A stretch of DNA of 64,000 bases, taken from NCBI GenBank assembly GCA_905331295.1, contig CAJNYD010000449.1, forward strand, positions 248,001-312,000. The letters run 5' to 3'. The DNA comes from Rotaria socialis (lineage: Eukaryota). Shown in pieces: positions 1 to 13,611 of this stretch (its first letter is position 1; each line of letters begins with the position of its first letter). Under the pieces are notes generated by a model. It had not been told where the DNA came from. It worked only from the letters and a program-made list of their open reading frames with translations, and made no database searches. The position numbers and the translations under genes were made by a program.

Positions 1-1191
1 GCACATTCAGCAGCTAATGATCTAAATTTATGAAATAGAAACAAAAATTTAGAACATCAGCGTTTGCTTTATACTTTTCCACAGATAACTAACCGTGAAA
101 ATAAATCAACAAATCCCTTTGAGCCTGAATAAAGTGCTAGTAACGGCACCGCTCGTAGACCCGAAACACTTGATACATTAACAATGAGACCTCGTCGTTT
201 TTCGAGCATATCTGTATATAAAAATTATTCATTTACCAGGTTAATTTTTCAATGTCAAAATAATATGAAGACCTGGTAAAATCATTTGTGTTAAATAAGC
301 AACCGAATCAACATTGCATCGAATCATATCGTTGACGAGTTTTGCTCCATTTTCAACTTTATCGAAAAATTCTGGATATTCATATGACATACCAACATTA
401 TTGATTAGAATACCAATATCTAAACCACGAATCTGTTCACGAATTGTTGTATAGATTGAACTGTCTTCTAAATAAATTCATCAGAAAAACATTTATTGAT
501 TTTTCTCTTTTTATGTTTCATAGGATGAGATTTTTTTTTTTATAATGTAACTGTTTTCTTGAACTTCTTTTTCTGATATAACTAATACTCATCTTATCAC
601 TCAATTCGTGGTCGACTCAAAAATAGACTACGCCACCCGTTAAATTTCAATTCATAGACTTTGCCTGTCACCCTCACCATGAAGAAAGAACAAAAAAAAA
701 ATGAAGTCTAAGAATCACCATGATTTACTCTATCTCTGTCGAACTTGTTTAGAACAAAAAGGCGACATCCCTTTTCTATCTTTAATTTGCTATTGATGCT
801 TTAATATGAGAATGTAAATTGAAACTACTAGTCTTACTTGTAAAATCAACAGCAACTGTTTTAACTTGTACAGTTGAATTCGTATTTTGAATTTCTTTTG
901 CGACTTGTTCTAATTTTTCTTTTGTTCGACTAATTAAAATTATATTAAGACCTGAAAAAAAATAATAATACATTAGAAATTATTTTTGAATTCATTAATT
1001 TTTCTACCTCGTTTAGCTAATTCAATAGCATACGCTCGACCAATTCCATCTGTACTACCAGTAACCAATGCCCATTCACCAAGTTTTATTATATCAAGTC
1101 TTACTGGACTTAAAAGTCGATAAAAAAATGCAGCAAGACGTGCTGCAACATAAACGAGTGCAAATGCTCCAGTTGTTGCTAAGAATCCCAT
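1..1191 (-). CDS. HSD17B12: Very-long-chain 3-oxoacyl-CoA reductase / 17-beta-HSD12-like SDR (3' end runs off the window)
   Basis: Exons ~1191-1008, 951-838, 467-273, 211-94, 21-<1 with GT-AG boundaries. N-terminal TM segment, then [32 protein letters not shown] (Rossmann TGxxxGIG), [20 protein letters not shown] and catalytic YSGSK (YxxxK). Confidence 0.88.
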
Positions 1192-1413
1192 TTTTTTCTA
1201 ATTTTGCCTATTTCAAACAGTAATAAATGAACAAGAAAAAAAAATATTTATTATTATAAACTTTAAACCAATGATATTAAGCCTATCCATAGAATATATT
1301 CTGGATGAATAATAGAAGAAAGAAAGAACTTATTGTGTTTGTTCGTTTTGTATTTGCTCTCGTGTATACAACACAGCATATATATTGTGTCAAATATACG
1401 ATAATCGAACTTC

Positions 1414-3379
1414 ATGGCTGATTATCTTGCATCAATCTTTGGTACAGAAAAAGATAAAGTTAATTGTTCATTTTTCTTTAAAATTGGTGCCTGTCGACAT
1501 GGCGAGCATTGTTCAAAATTACATAACAAGCCAACATTTAGTCAAACAATATTATTAAAAAATCTTTATTTAAGTTTGGAAAATAGTTCACAAAAAGCAG
1601 ATAAATCATTTATTGGCGATGACATTACTGAAGAACGTATTCAAGAACATTTCGATGATACATTTGAAGAATTATTTGTCGAATTAGAAAGAAAATACGG
1701 TGAAATTGAAGAAATGAATATTTGTGACAATTTATCTGAACATTTAGCTGGTAAATTTGTGTATATTTTATTTAAATTCTAAAATATAAATGTTGTTTTC
1801 TTTTTCACTTTTAAGGCAATTGCTATGTAAAATTTCGTTTTGAAGAAGATGCTGAAAAAGCAGTTGTTGATCTTAATAATCGTTGGTTTGATGGTCGTGC
1901 GGTTTATGCCGAATTAAGTCCTGTTACCGATTTTCATGAAGCATGTTGTCGTCAATATCAAATGGGGTATGCTTTTATTTTCAATCTTTTATTAAATCAT
2001 AGGAACATTTTAATTTCATATTCTGCAGAAGTTAATTATTATATAGGAGTTTTCGAGCGTTCAAATAGAACTAGATTATTCCATGTATTTCCTCTAGCAT
2101 AATGATCGTTGTGTAGTGGAGGTTCTTGTGATAAAAAAATACCTATGGGCAAATGAATTATGCCAAATTGTGAGCTGCAATTTTTTTTAATCTATAGTTA
2201 AGATATTGTGCATAGTTTGCAAGATAAGATAGCATCTTCGCCAAGAGTCCTTCGGTTTACTTTATGAATTTCCTTTTGATCAAATCAAATAAAGTAGATG
2301 CCGCTCCATTGGTCTTGTTTTTATAGTATTAGTGAGTTGAAACTCTGACATTAAGAATCAAAATAAATTCTTTCGGCAATAACGAAAATACCACGTAATT
2401 TTTTTCTTTGTATATGAAATAACATTTCAGCAAAATATTTATTATTGGTATTGTGCAATGTTGTTTTTTAATTTTAACATAGAAAGACATGAATTGACGT
2501 CTCATATTATCGTCAATTCTCTAAAATTTTCTTTTATTCACTGTTCTTTTACAAGAGTTTTGATCAATCATTATTTCAAAACATTATCTATGGATAATGG
2601 CACGATAGAAAACAATCATAATACTGCGCATTACGAACGCTATTCAACAGACGCAAATCGTATAAAAATATAACATTTATATATATATATATAGTACGAT
2701 TTCAGCAGCTGAAGTCTTCACTTCAGTTTAATCGAACCCATTATATTATGCTATCATGTGCTAGATTCCTAGAAACAATGTGTATTGAGCTAATAGATAA
2801 AAACTATTTCTAAAAGTTTTACAGTAAAAATTGAAATAAATTCAATCAATTAGTTCTACGCCGAAACATGTTGACTCTGACATGTACAATTCTTTATTGA
2901 TTCTATTCATAGTAATAACATGTAACCTCTAGATCATTGTTGCATTAGTAATCTTTCATCTATCGAAAAATTTGTTAATTTCTTTTTGTTTTAAATAAAT
3001 GATTGCTATCAACTGAGTTGAATTTTGTACAGTTGCTGATGCACCATTGATACAATACCGATTGAAAATTGCACTTATTTTCTTTTAGTAGTATAATGAA
3101 ATATCTGATGTAATATTTTCATTCATGTTGTATCTACTAATTGTTTCTTTTTAGTGATTGTCCACGAGGTGGTTTTTGCAACTTTATGCATTTGAAACCA
3201 GTAAGTGAAAATAATTCTTTTAATTAATTTTTGTTTATGTATTTCAATTAAAACATTTCTAGATTTCAAAAGATTTAAGAAAACGTTTGTATCAACGGCG
3301 TCAACGAAAAACACGCAGTGGTTCACGATCACCATCTCATGACCGCTCTCGATCACGTGAGAAAGAGCGTCGACGATAA
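1414..3379 (+). CDS. U2AF1: Splicing factor U2AF 35 kDa subunit
   Basis: Exons 1414-1750, 1816-1966, 3155-3200, 3263-3379. MADYLASIFGTEKDKVNCSFFFKIGACRHG (CCCH finger 1), UHM domain (NNRWFDGR), CCRQYQMG-DCPRGGFCNFMH (finger 2), short RS tail ending TAA 3377-3379. Confidence 0.96.
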
Positions 3380-3470
3380 ATAAACAGCAAACTCAAACTT
3401 TCTTTTTTTTTGTCTTTAATAAATTGAAAAAAAAAACAAAAAAAATAAATTGTGTTCATTATTTCAGATA

Positions 3471-5522
3471 ATGAATGAAAATAGTTCGAATACTGGTGGA
3501 GATATCGATCGATGGCTCGAATGGATAAAAGATTGCAAATATCTGCCTGAAACTGATTTTAAACAATTATGTACCATAATATCCGATATTTTTTTTGAAG
3601 AATCGAACGTTCAACCCATATTTTCACCAGTCACCATTTGTGGTGATTTGCATGGACAATATTATGATGTTCAAGAACTATTTCGTACAGGCGGTTATCC
3701 GCCGGATACACAATATATTTTCATGGGAGATTTTGTTGATCGCGGTTATTACAGTTTAGAAACATTAACGCAATTACTAGTATTTAAAGCTAAATGGCCA
3801 GATCGTATAACATTATTACGTGGTAATCATGAGTCACGACAAGTAACACAAGTTTATGGCTTTTATGATGAATGTATGAAAAAATATGGAAATGCTAATT
3901 TATGGAGATATTGTTGTCGTTTATTTGATCTTATGCCGATAGGTGCATTGATTGATAATGAAGTTTTATGTATTCATGGTTAGTTTTTATTTTTTTTTAT
4001 AGATTTCTGAAAAAATCATTGCGATTTTTACTTATTTTAGGTGGACTCTCACCAGACATTGGTACCATCGATCAAATGCGTACTATAGAACGTGATCAAG
4101 AAATTCCACATCGTGGTGGCTTTTGTGATTTAATGTGGTCCGACCCAGATGATATTGATTGGTGGGCTGTATCACCACGTGGAGCTGGTTGGTTATTTGG
4201 TGAAAAACCAACAAGTCAATTTATGCATAACAATCAATTAAGTCTAATATGTCGGGCTCATCAACTAGTGCAAGAAGGTCAGTTTTATAATAGTTTCTGC
4301 AAGTTTTTCATTGTCAGTCTAGAATTAGTTTTTTCTTTTGTCACTGATCATCGAATCAAAATATTCTTTTTTATTAGTAACTCAGAGTTCAGCGCCATTT
4401 CTTGAAATAATATAAGTGATAACATAATTCAATAGTTCATAAAGGGTACTGTAACTTTTTGATAGTCCTATTGATGTTTTCATCTAATGGCAAATAACTC
4501 GTGTTTATAATATTTTATTAAGTTCACAATTTGTTAATTTGGAAATAATTTTGGTGTTTAAATTTTATACTAACTTTTTCGTATTTTAATCATTTGGAAC
4601 ACGTAGTTTTTCTTCTCTTCATCAGTCATTAGATTTAGTTTTGGTTACGATATGCAATATTTGCATTAAATTGGTGGCGCCAGACCTCCGATCTGGTCGT
4701 GTCGATATCATCATAGGAAATCTCAATAGGGACAACCACCAATCAAAAGATTTTCGCTTTGTAGGAGTGATAGTATTTATTTTTTTCAGAATGTCGGATA
4801 TTATCATGACTATTTGGTTTATACATTATTCTGTCAAAGGAAATTTTTTTCATTCAAATTCTGAAAAAATTCCAAAAAAATCTTTTAATGAGACAGAAAA
4901 GATACGTCTTATCAGACTTCATACTTTATTGTCGATGCTAGCGAGACAAAAATTTTGATTGAAACGCATTAATTTCAATTTTCTCAAATGTTAATACAAA
5001 GTGATCGATTTTCTTTTCTTCAATTATTTCGTATTATGATGCTTTAATAGAATTCTAATTAATATACATATTTATTAATGAAATAAATAAAAATGAACAC
5101 TTGAGATCAAATAAAAGTACGATAGATCAGATATTAATAATAGATTGAATAAGATACTAGAATATCATTTAAAAGGTTTCAAAAAGACATTAACAGGAAA
5201 AAGATTCTATGATGCGAACTTCTTTTTCTCCACATTTAGTTTTCTTCACATGAATGAATATTTTTATTTCTCATGGGACACATTGCCATTAATAGTTGAG
5301 ACTTTTCGAGGATTTTCTTTTTGTTTTCTAGGGATTAAATTCATGTTCGATGAGCATCTTGTAACTGTATGGTCTGCACCAAATTATTGTTATCGATGTG
5401 GTAATATAGCTGCTATACTTGCTTTTCATACAGCTACAAATCATGAAACCAAATTATTTAATGCTGTGCCCGATAATGAACGGGTAATACCTTCAAAAAC
5501 AACGACACCGTATTTTCTTTAA
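3471..5522 (+). CDS. PPP6C: Serine/threonine-protein phosphatase 6 catalytic subunit
   Basis: Exons 3471-3978, 4041-4277, 5332-5522. PPP motifs [30 protein letters not shown]-terminus [12 protein letters not shown] is PP6-type rather than PP2A/PP4-type. Confidence 0.93.
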
Positions 5523-5656
5523 TTAATAAAAATTCCAAGAAATTCTTTTTCATTTGTCTCGTTTTTTTTCTTCGTACCAACAGTGTTACTTTATGTATAG
5601 AAAAGAAAACTTTTTTTTCTTCTAGATTGTTTTTTTCTTCATATGAATTTATAGAT

Positions 5657-7739
5657 ATGGATGCAGAAGATGAACAAAGTAAATATACGCGCCAGAAGAA
5701 AACAGAATTTTTTTAAAATTTCTATTTACTACATATTTTAAGGTCTCGAAGAACGTCTTCGTGCGCAGAGTAGCAGCAGTAATAACAACAACAACAATAA
5801 TAACAATACTACTAATAATACAAACAACGCAAATAAATCTTTAACAACTCGTGTAACAACATCAACTGTTAAATCCAATCGACACGCATTTAAAGATGAA
5901 AAGATTGAATCTCATACTGATAAAAATGGTGTTTGTTATCGGGTCGGAGGTGAAAAAAAGCATTAATTAAAATAAAATTTTCAAATCACAATTGATTTTT
6001 CTAATTATTTAGATCATGTTTATTTGGAAACAAATAAACAAGCAGAACCATATTCAATAGCTAGCATTCTTGATTTTCGTTTAGTATGTTAAATAATCAT
6101 TAATCATATAGCTAAATATATATATATATATATGTGTATCTTCTTTTTTTTTGTGTATCCTAGACAAGAAAAGATCATGTTATGCTTGAAGTACGTTGGT
6201 ATTATCGTCCTGCTGAAATACCCCCAAATCTTTATCATCTTCTTATTGAAGATCGTTATCATGAAAATCGTGAGTTTTACCTGTCAATTTTTATATTTGT
6301 TCAATATAATCCTGTATTACTTTTTCTTTTTTTCCTCGATTCTTTTCCCATATACCACCATAATGTCTGTAGTGATGGCAGCGTCAGTCAATGTCTATAT
6401 ACATCATTGTATAATGTGTATAGTAAAATGTCATTCTTTGTTGCTCCTATCGTTCTTTTATATGAGGCGGGTAAGAGACCATTTTCCTAGTAGAAAAAAA
6501 AGCCTAGATAAACTCGCACAATTGATAATCATCAACATCGGGTGTTATCTCTATCGAATAAGAGTCAAATCCGACCTAATAATTAAACAGCAATACAACC
6601 AATTAGTAGTCAATGCGTGTATGTATATGTGAATGTATTTAGTATATGAAATTTTCATTAAACCCTCTCGCCTTCTCTATATTGACTCGTTCATTTTTCA
6701 CCCAAGAGAAAGAAAAGAAAAGAAAAGAAAGCACGAACGTTGTTACTATTCATCATTATCATCCGACACATATCATCAATAAGTATCGAGAAAAGAAAGT
6801 CGATGTCTAATAGTACATATATAAACAAATTCTTCATATCTTCGTCAAAAGAACCATGTGTATTTGTTAGATGACGTATCAGTACAACGATTATACTGGT
6901 TTTTCAAGAAAACCCTATCATAGTTAGTCAAGTAAATTATTCTCTTGCGTTCTTATGCTTTATCTACATAGTTTTTTTCATTACTTTTCTTTTTTTGTTG
7001 CTCTTTCTCTTGTTGTTTTTTTTTGTTGCTTATACTGGATTGACAGATTATCTTTGAGACAATAGATGTCAATCCGACTCATTGGGATGTAATTTGACTA
7101 TGAATAACTAAACAAAAAATAATCATAGTAATAATAAAAGCGTTTTTTCTCTCATTCTTCATATTCGATTAAAAGTTTAAATCGTCATCTATTTATATAT
7201 ATATATATAAAGGAGCACATAAGGGTGTATATTGATTGTTTGTTGCTCTTCTTGCTATTATGTGTTTGCCACACACACACATACGCTTGCATCGAGTAGT
7301 TTGTCGTCGTTGTCGCTTTTCTTTTTTTCTGTCTCTCAACAGGAGCTCCTGCTTACTCTCTTTAGCTGCCGGAGGGACAAATAGAAGAACAATATCACAT
7401 CATTGTAGACGACAACGATGTTGTATATGGTGTCGTGTGTCGTTTTTCTTTTTCTTATTTTCCATTTGTGATTGATTTTTTTTCTTTACTTCACTCGTTG
7501 GCATATAACATACATACTTAAGCGTACACACTATTACAGGTGAGTAAAGAAAAGTAATGTCATTATCATCATCATCGATATTGTTATTTTTATTTTTATT
7601 TTTATTTTTATTGTTTGACATAAGTCGATGTAATTAGTCGTAGACCATAGTACATAGTCAACTATCATTAAAATTCAATTCTGTTCAATGATACATATAA
7701 AGAAAAAATGAAAGAAAGAAAGAAAGAGAGATAAGAATG

Positions 7740-7771
<32 letters not shown>

Positions 7772-10700
7772 GCTACTGCTACTGCTACTGCTACTGCTAT
7801 TGACGAGTGGTATTGATCGGCATGTGTGGAGAGATTTCCTTTTTTTTCTCTCGGCATATTGACGTCTAGTACTCATTGGTGATGGTAGTGTAGAGAATTT
7901 CTTTCTTCTTTCTCCATGCTCACCCTTCGTTCTTCGTTTTCTTCTTCAATTACATACTCCCTCTTTTACTTCTCTTCTCTCACGATATGTGTGTATGTTC
8001 GCATTTGCATTGAGACTAGGCACATCGCCACTGTCAAATTATTGTTAGAGTGTATATAATTCATCGACGAAGAACGATGAGGGTCTAAAGAGGAGAAGAA
8101 AGAGAGAACATGAGAGGATAGAAAGGAGATAGCGCGTGAAAATGAGCGACGACCGACGCAGGACTCGACGAAATGCAGATGATAATCAGTCTAGTGTAAT
8201 CATTGATCGACGGGCGGGCGATGATGGCAAGTCGTTCTTCTCTTTCTCTCTTCTCCCTTCACTCTAACAACAATAATAGAAATCCTTTTAAGTAGACGCG
8301 CGCATGTAAGGAAAATGAAACACAAGTAAAATATCAAATTTTTTCTTGTTGTTCTTTGAGTACATGATACTTTCGTTCTTGTTTCATTTTGTTATCATTT
8401 CCAATGTGTGTGTCTTTATCTTCATCATCATCATCATTATCATTATCATCGTCGTCTTTTTTTTTGATTTATAACCGCATATAAATATATATGATATTAA
8501 ATTTGTGTGATCATAATTATTTACTTTTTTCCTTTGCCAAGTTCTTATTGAAAGAAACGAAACATCTATAAAGCCAACTTATTTGTTACTTTTTATGTTT
8601 CTTTGTGCTGTTGGTTATTTGACAATAACAACATCAATTACAACAAACGCGTCATCATCACATCAATTAAGAAATATAGAAAGAAAGAAAGGAAAAAAAA
8701 AGAAAAAAGAAACAAATAAAAAAAAGAGTCTTTTTCAGGTATTCATATTTTATGTCACTATACGGTATGCGTATGCCTATACATGGGTTCATCGAGCCGA
8801 ACAAACAGAAACATATCCGATACCATAAGTGATTGATTAATCGGATCAACTGACTTTTTTTTCTCGTTCTGTATATAATTATTGTATGTGGTCGCATCCT
8901 TCTTAAACGAGGTATCTTATAGTTTTTTTTTCTTTTTTCCCTCTCTTTTTCTATTAGGACCCTTTGTTCTATTCATTTACCAGAAGCAAAACATTAGAGT
9001 CAAATATACATACATATATATATATATACATGCATACATTCACACCCTGCTTTATCATTAAACAACAAACGATATGAGATTGTATGTATTAGAATATAGT
9101 AGTAGCTCATGTCACAGTAATAAATAATATAATGTCTCTAATATATATCTATATCTCAACCAACCCAGTGACGACCGATGAATTGTTGCTGTGTGCATCG
9201 TCTGTTGTTTTCTTTTCCTTCCTCTTCAACGAACATTAGCATTGCGCGTTCGCGAGACGCTGTCGTGCAGCAAAAGGAATGAGGGAGCGCAAGCACACAT
9301 ACACATATACAGAAAAGAGAGAGAGAGAGAGAGAGAAGGACCGTGACACGACGCCAGTTTGTTCCTTATTAAGGTGACACTAGCAACAACGAGTTCTCTC
9401 TCTCCCTATGTATGCTGTTCTTTCTTTCTCTTCATCGTCTCTGTGTGTCCATTACGGTTTGCGTTGATCTATTCACTTTCTTTTCACACTTAACATGCAC
9501 ATTTCGCATCATATACTTCATATATAAACGAAGGTAATTCATAAAGAATCAACGAAGAATTATTATTTAAAATAAGCAACAAATTATCGATTTCATTTGT
9601 TTTCTTGTTGATATGCATATTATTTATTATGATTATATCTATCAGCATTATTTTTCTCTTCTCTTTTTTTTATTTTGCTACGACTATTTGTCTTATCGCA
9701 CTTGGCAAGTTGATCCTTTCTCTTCATGTATATATATATATATATATATATAAATGTGTGTGCGTGTGCATGTTATAATTTCTGGTTAATGACATATACA
9801 GTAGAACGGCAACGACAACTTGCGCGCCCTACTAGCATTAATTGTTGTGTTTGAATATATATATATATATATATATATATGTTATATACCGCTTTTAATT
9901 CATCGACGAATTGCGAGTTGAGTAAAGAAAAGAAGTTGAACACTCCTCTCAAGAGATCGGTCAAATGGGCGTGTCGACACGCGATCTTACATATTTTTTT
10001 TAATAATTTTTTTGCTTTTGCTATAGGTGTTCATTTTATTCTTTGATATAGATTCTTCGATTTTCTTTTTCAATTGATTGATCAGAATAACTTTTAAATG
10101 TCAATAATCTACACCTGATAAGCTGTCGTGCCGTGCTTCAGCTAACAGAAGGATGATTGATTAGTTTCAAGGACCGAGGCGAGCTCTCTCGTCTTCTTTT
10201 CTTTTCCTTTCCTTTTTTTTTGCTGTTTCTTTCTTCATCGACTCGTTTCTCATTCTGTGCTTCACCCTACATCCTCACACTGCCTTTTTGATTCTGTATG
10301 TGTGTGTGTTTGTGTGTGTGTGTGTGTATGCGTGCAAGAAATAAGAGAGCGCGAATAAGCAAGCAGAGTAGTCGTTGTCGTCGTCGACATCATTTCCGTT
10401 CATTCATCTAAAAGAAAACTAAATTACTTGATGCTTTTTGTTGTTTTTATGTATAGAAAAAGAAAACGGTATATCGCTCTATATAAATATATAAATATAA
10501 ATAAATACATATATAAATATATTGATTAATATGTTTTATTTTGTTTCTTAAAGAGGGTAACAATCAAACATCATCAATTAAAGATAAACAAGCAAAAGAT
10601 TCTGGTATAATTCAAGATCCAAATATTATTGGTCGTGAATTATTCGTATCGGAAATCAAAGAATTCTATCCGGCCGTACACATCAAGTAAGAAGAGCATT

Positions 10701-10823
10701 TAAAACCTTATTGACTTGAATAAAGAATAGAATAAAAAAGAGAAAAAAAGAAGCAGAAAAAATGACGACCGACAACTGTAATCTCTTGACAAGGAAAGAA
10801 GAACAAAGAATCTATAGTTATTG

Positions 10824-10854
<31 letters not shown>

Positions 10855-13413
10855 GCATAGATTTATATATACATAAAGATTTGTTTCGTCTATTTAAACA
10901 TGCTTTTTTAAATTTAATTCAGAGGCCGGTGCCGTGTCGCTCACTATCAAGATATTGAAGAAGCTCGTGCATTTAAACCCGATCCGGATACATTCTTTTA
11001 TATTCTAACATACAATCCTGAAGCGCGCAGACTGGCGAACACGCAAGGTGAAATACGTGTTGGCCCATCACATCAAGCCAAACTACCGCTTTTGAAATCA
11101 TATTCATCATCGTCATTAACAAACGGTATTAATGATGATATATGTTTATTGCGTGAAGAATTATTATGGAAAAATAAAACATCCGATATTGATTTATCCA
11201 TGTATTTACAAGCGGCACGATCAATCGCAGCTTTTGCCGGAATGTGTGACAGAGGTTTACCAGAAGATATGTATGAAGTAGCGCAACGGGATGATACCAC
11301 AATAAATGCATTAACTGTTTTACATAATCATGATTATGATTGTAAACGTGCTATACAGGCACTTGTTAAATGTCCCATACCAAAAGGTATTGATAGAAAA
11401 TGGTCAGATGATGATCAAAAGAAATTTATCAAAGGTTTAAGACAATATGGAAAAAACTTTTATCGTATACGTAAAGAACATTTACCACATAAAGAAACAT
11501 CAGATCTTGTTGAATTTTACTATTTATGGAAAAAAACTCCACAGGCACAATCGAGTCGTCCTCGCCGTCGACAACGTCCATGTTCAACATCAGCTAATCT
11601 ATCGACAACACCAACACCGGCTAAACAACGTAATACAAAAAATAATAATAAAGATGAATCTGAACATAATTCTGATAATGATGATAATGCAACAACAGAT
11701 AGTGATGAACAATTTTGTCGTCATTGTCAAACAGTTTCTAAAGATTTACAACCAGGTGGACGTGATAGTCAACAATTATGTTATGATTGTAGAATGTATT
11801 ATAAAAAATATGGTGAAATGCCAATTATAAATCAAGAACCACCACCATATTTATTTAAACCTTTAAATGAAACAAGTCCAAGTAGTAGTAGTAAACGAAA
11901 ACGAAACAAATATAAACAATCATCGTCACCCTCATTGATACCTCCACCATCTACATCAACGTCAACAAATGACAAGTCCGATGAAAATAATTCATCAATA
12001 AAAACTTCATCAACACGCTCAAAAAAGAAAACTCGTATTAATGAACAAACATCATCGATAAAACATGAAGGAGAAGAAGAAGAAAATGTTAAAGATGAAT
12101 CAACAACAACTACTGAGATTAAAATAGAAGAACAAGAAAATGAAAAGCCATTAATAGGTATTATTTTTTTTTCTTTTCCTTTCTTTTCTGTTTGTCAAAC
12201 GACAAATTTATTAAATTTAAAAAATAACAGAACAGACTAAGTGTTCTTGAGTGAAAAATTTCACCTAAATCAAATATTATTTAAGCTAACCATGAATTAT
12301 TTTAAATCTTATTATTATTATTGTTATTTTGCTTATATTTAGAATCATCAGATTCAATGCTTTCTACAACAACATCAGGTTTTCTGATTAAAACTGAAGA
12401 ATTATCATCATCAACTCTTTCTCAACCATTACCACCTTTAATAACGAATTCAACAGCATGTAAACAAGAAATGAATTCTCCATCAGCAATGCTTTCAAAT
12501 GGTGCTGCAAAAATAACAAATAAAATTCTTATTGATCATACAAAACAAACAAATTCAAATTCAAATTTTATTTTATCACCATCCTCAGCCATTAAATCTG
12601 AACAAATATATACACATGAAAATTCATCATCTCTTCATCCTAATTTATTACAGTCATCATTATTATCTTCACCTCGTTCAGCATTTTCACGTACATCAAA
12701 AACATCTATTCATAGTCCTGATCAACGACGAATACCGAAAGGTATATTTCCGTTTTTTGTTTTGTTTTGTTTTGTTCTATTAATCAGAAAATCATAAAAA
12801 AAAAACTTTTGATCTTTATTATTAGATGAAGAATTCGAGTCACCATCATCACAACGATCACAATCACATTCAAATAGTCTAAATCACACACCAAAATCGA
12901 CTTCTATTCATCCAACTATTCTTAGCGGTGATGTAACTCCATCATCTCTGAATTTAGCAACATTGCCGCCGCCACTTATACAATCATCATTGAATGAATC
13001 AAAAGATAACGATTCATTAACAACTGATATTACTGATGATGGAAATATATCAGATAGTTCCATGAATGGTAATCATGAAATCAATAATGACGATGGACCA
13101 CCACCATTAGCTTGTGAACGAGGTTAGAAGATAAAATCTATATTATGAAAATCATACAGAAAGAAATATTTTTGTTCTTGTTTATAGAATGTTATAATAA
13201 ACCACAAGGTATTGTTTTACTGAAAGTTTACGATCGATCCATATCACAAAACTCTTGTGCACGTACCGATATTATACTAAAACGTGGTTCACGCGCACCT
13301 CCTCCTAAACCACAATCACAACAGCAACCAACACAACAAAAAACATCATCAAGTCATAATAGTAATGAACACCAACACCATCATCACCACCATCATCAAC
13401 AACAACAGCAACA

Positions 13414-13494
<81 letters not shown>

Positions 13495-13531
13495 CCAACA
13501 TCACCACCATCAACAACAACAACACCAACAC

Positions 13532-13611
<80 letters not shown>

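Noticed and set aside
4440..4960. GC-richer patch with a small hairpin and 105-aa/61-aa ORFs in PPP6C intron 2
   Set aside because: Possibly a decayed transposon fragment, but I found no TIR pair, TSD or protein motif.
7236..9964. Short ORFs within the large RERE intron
   Set aside because: Low-complexity or microsatellite translations with no motif or coherent splice structure.
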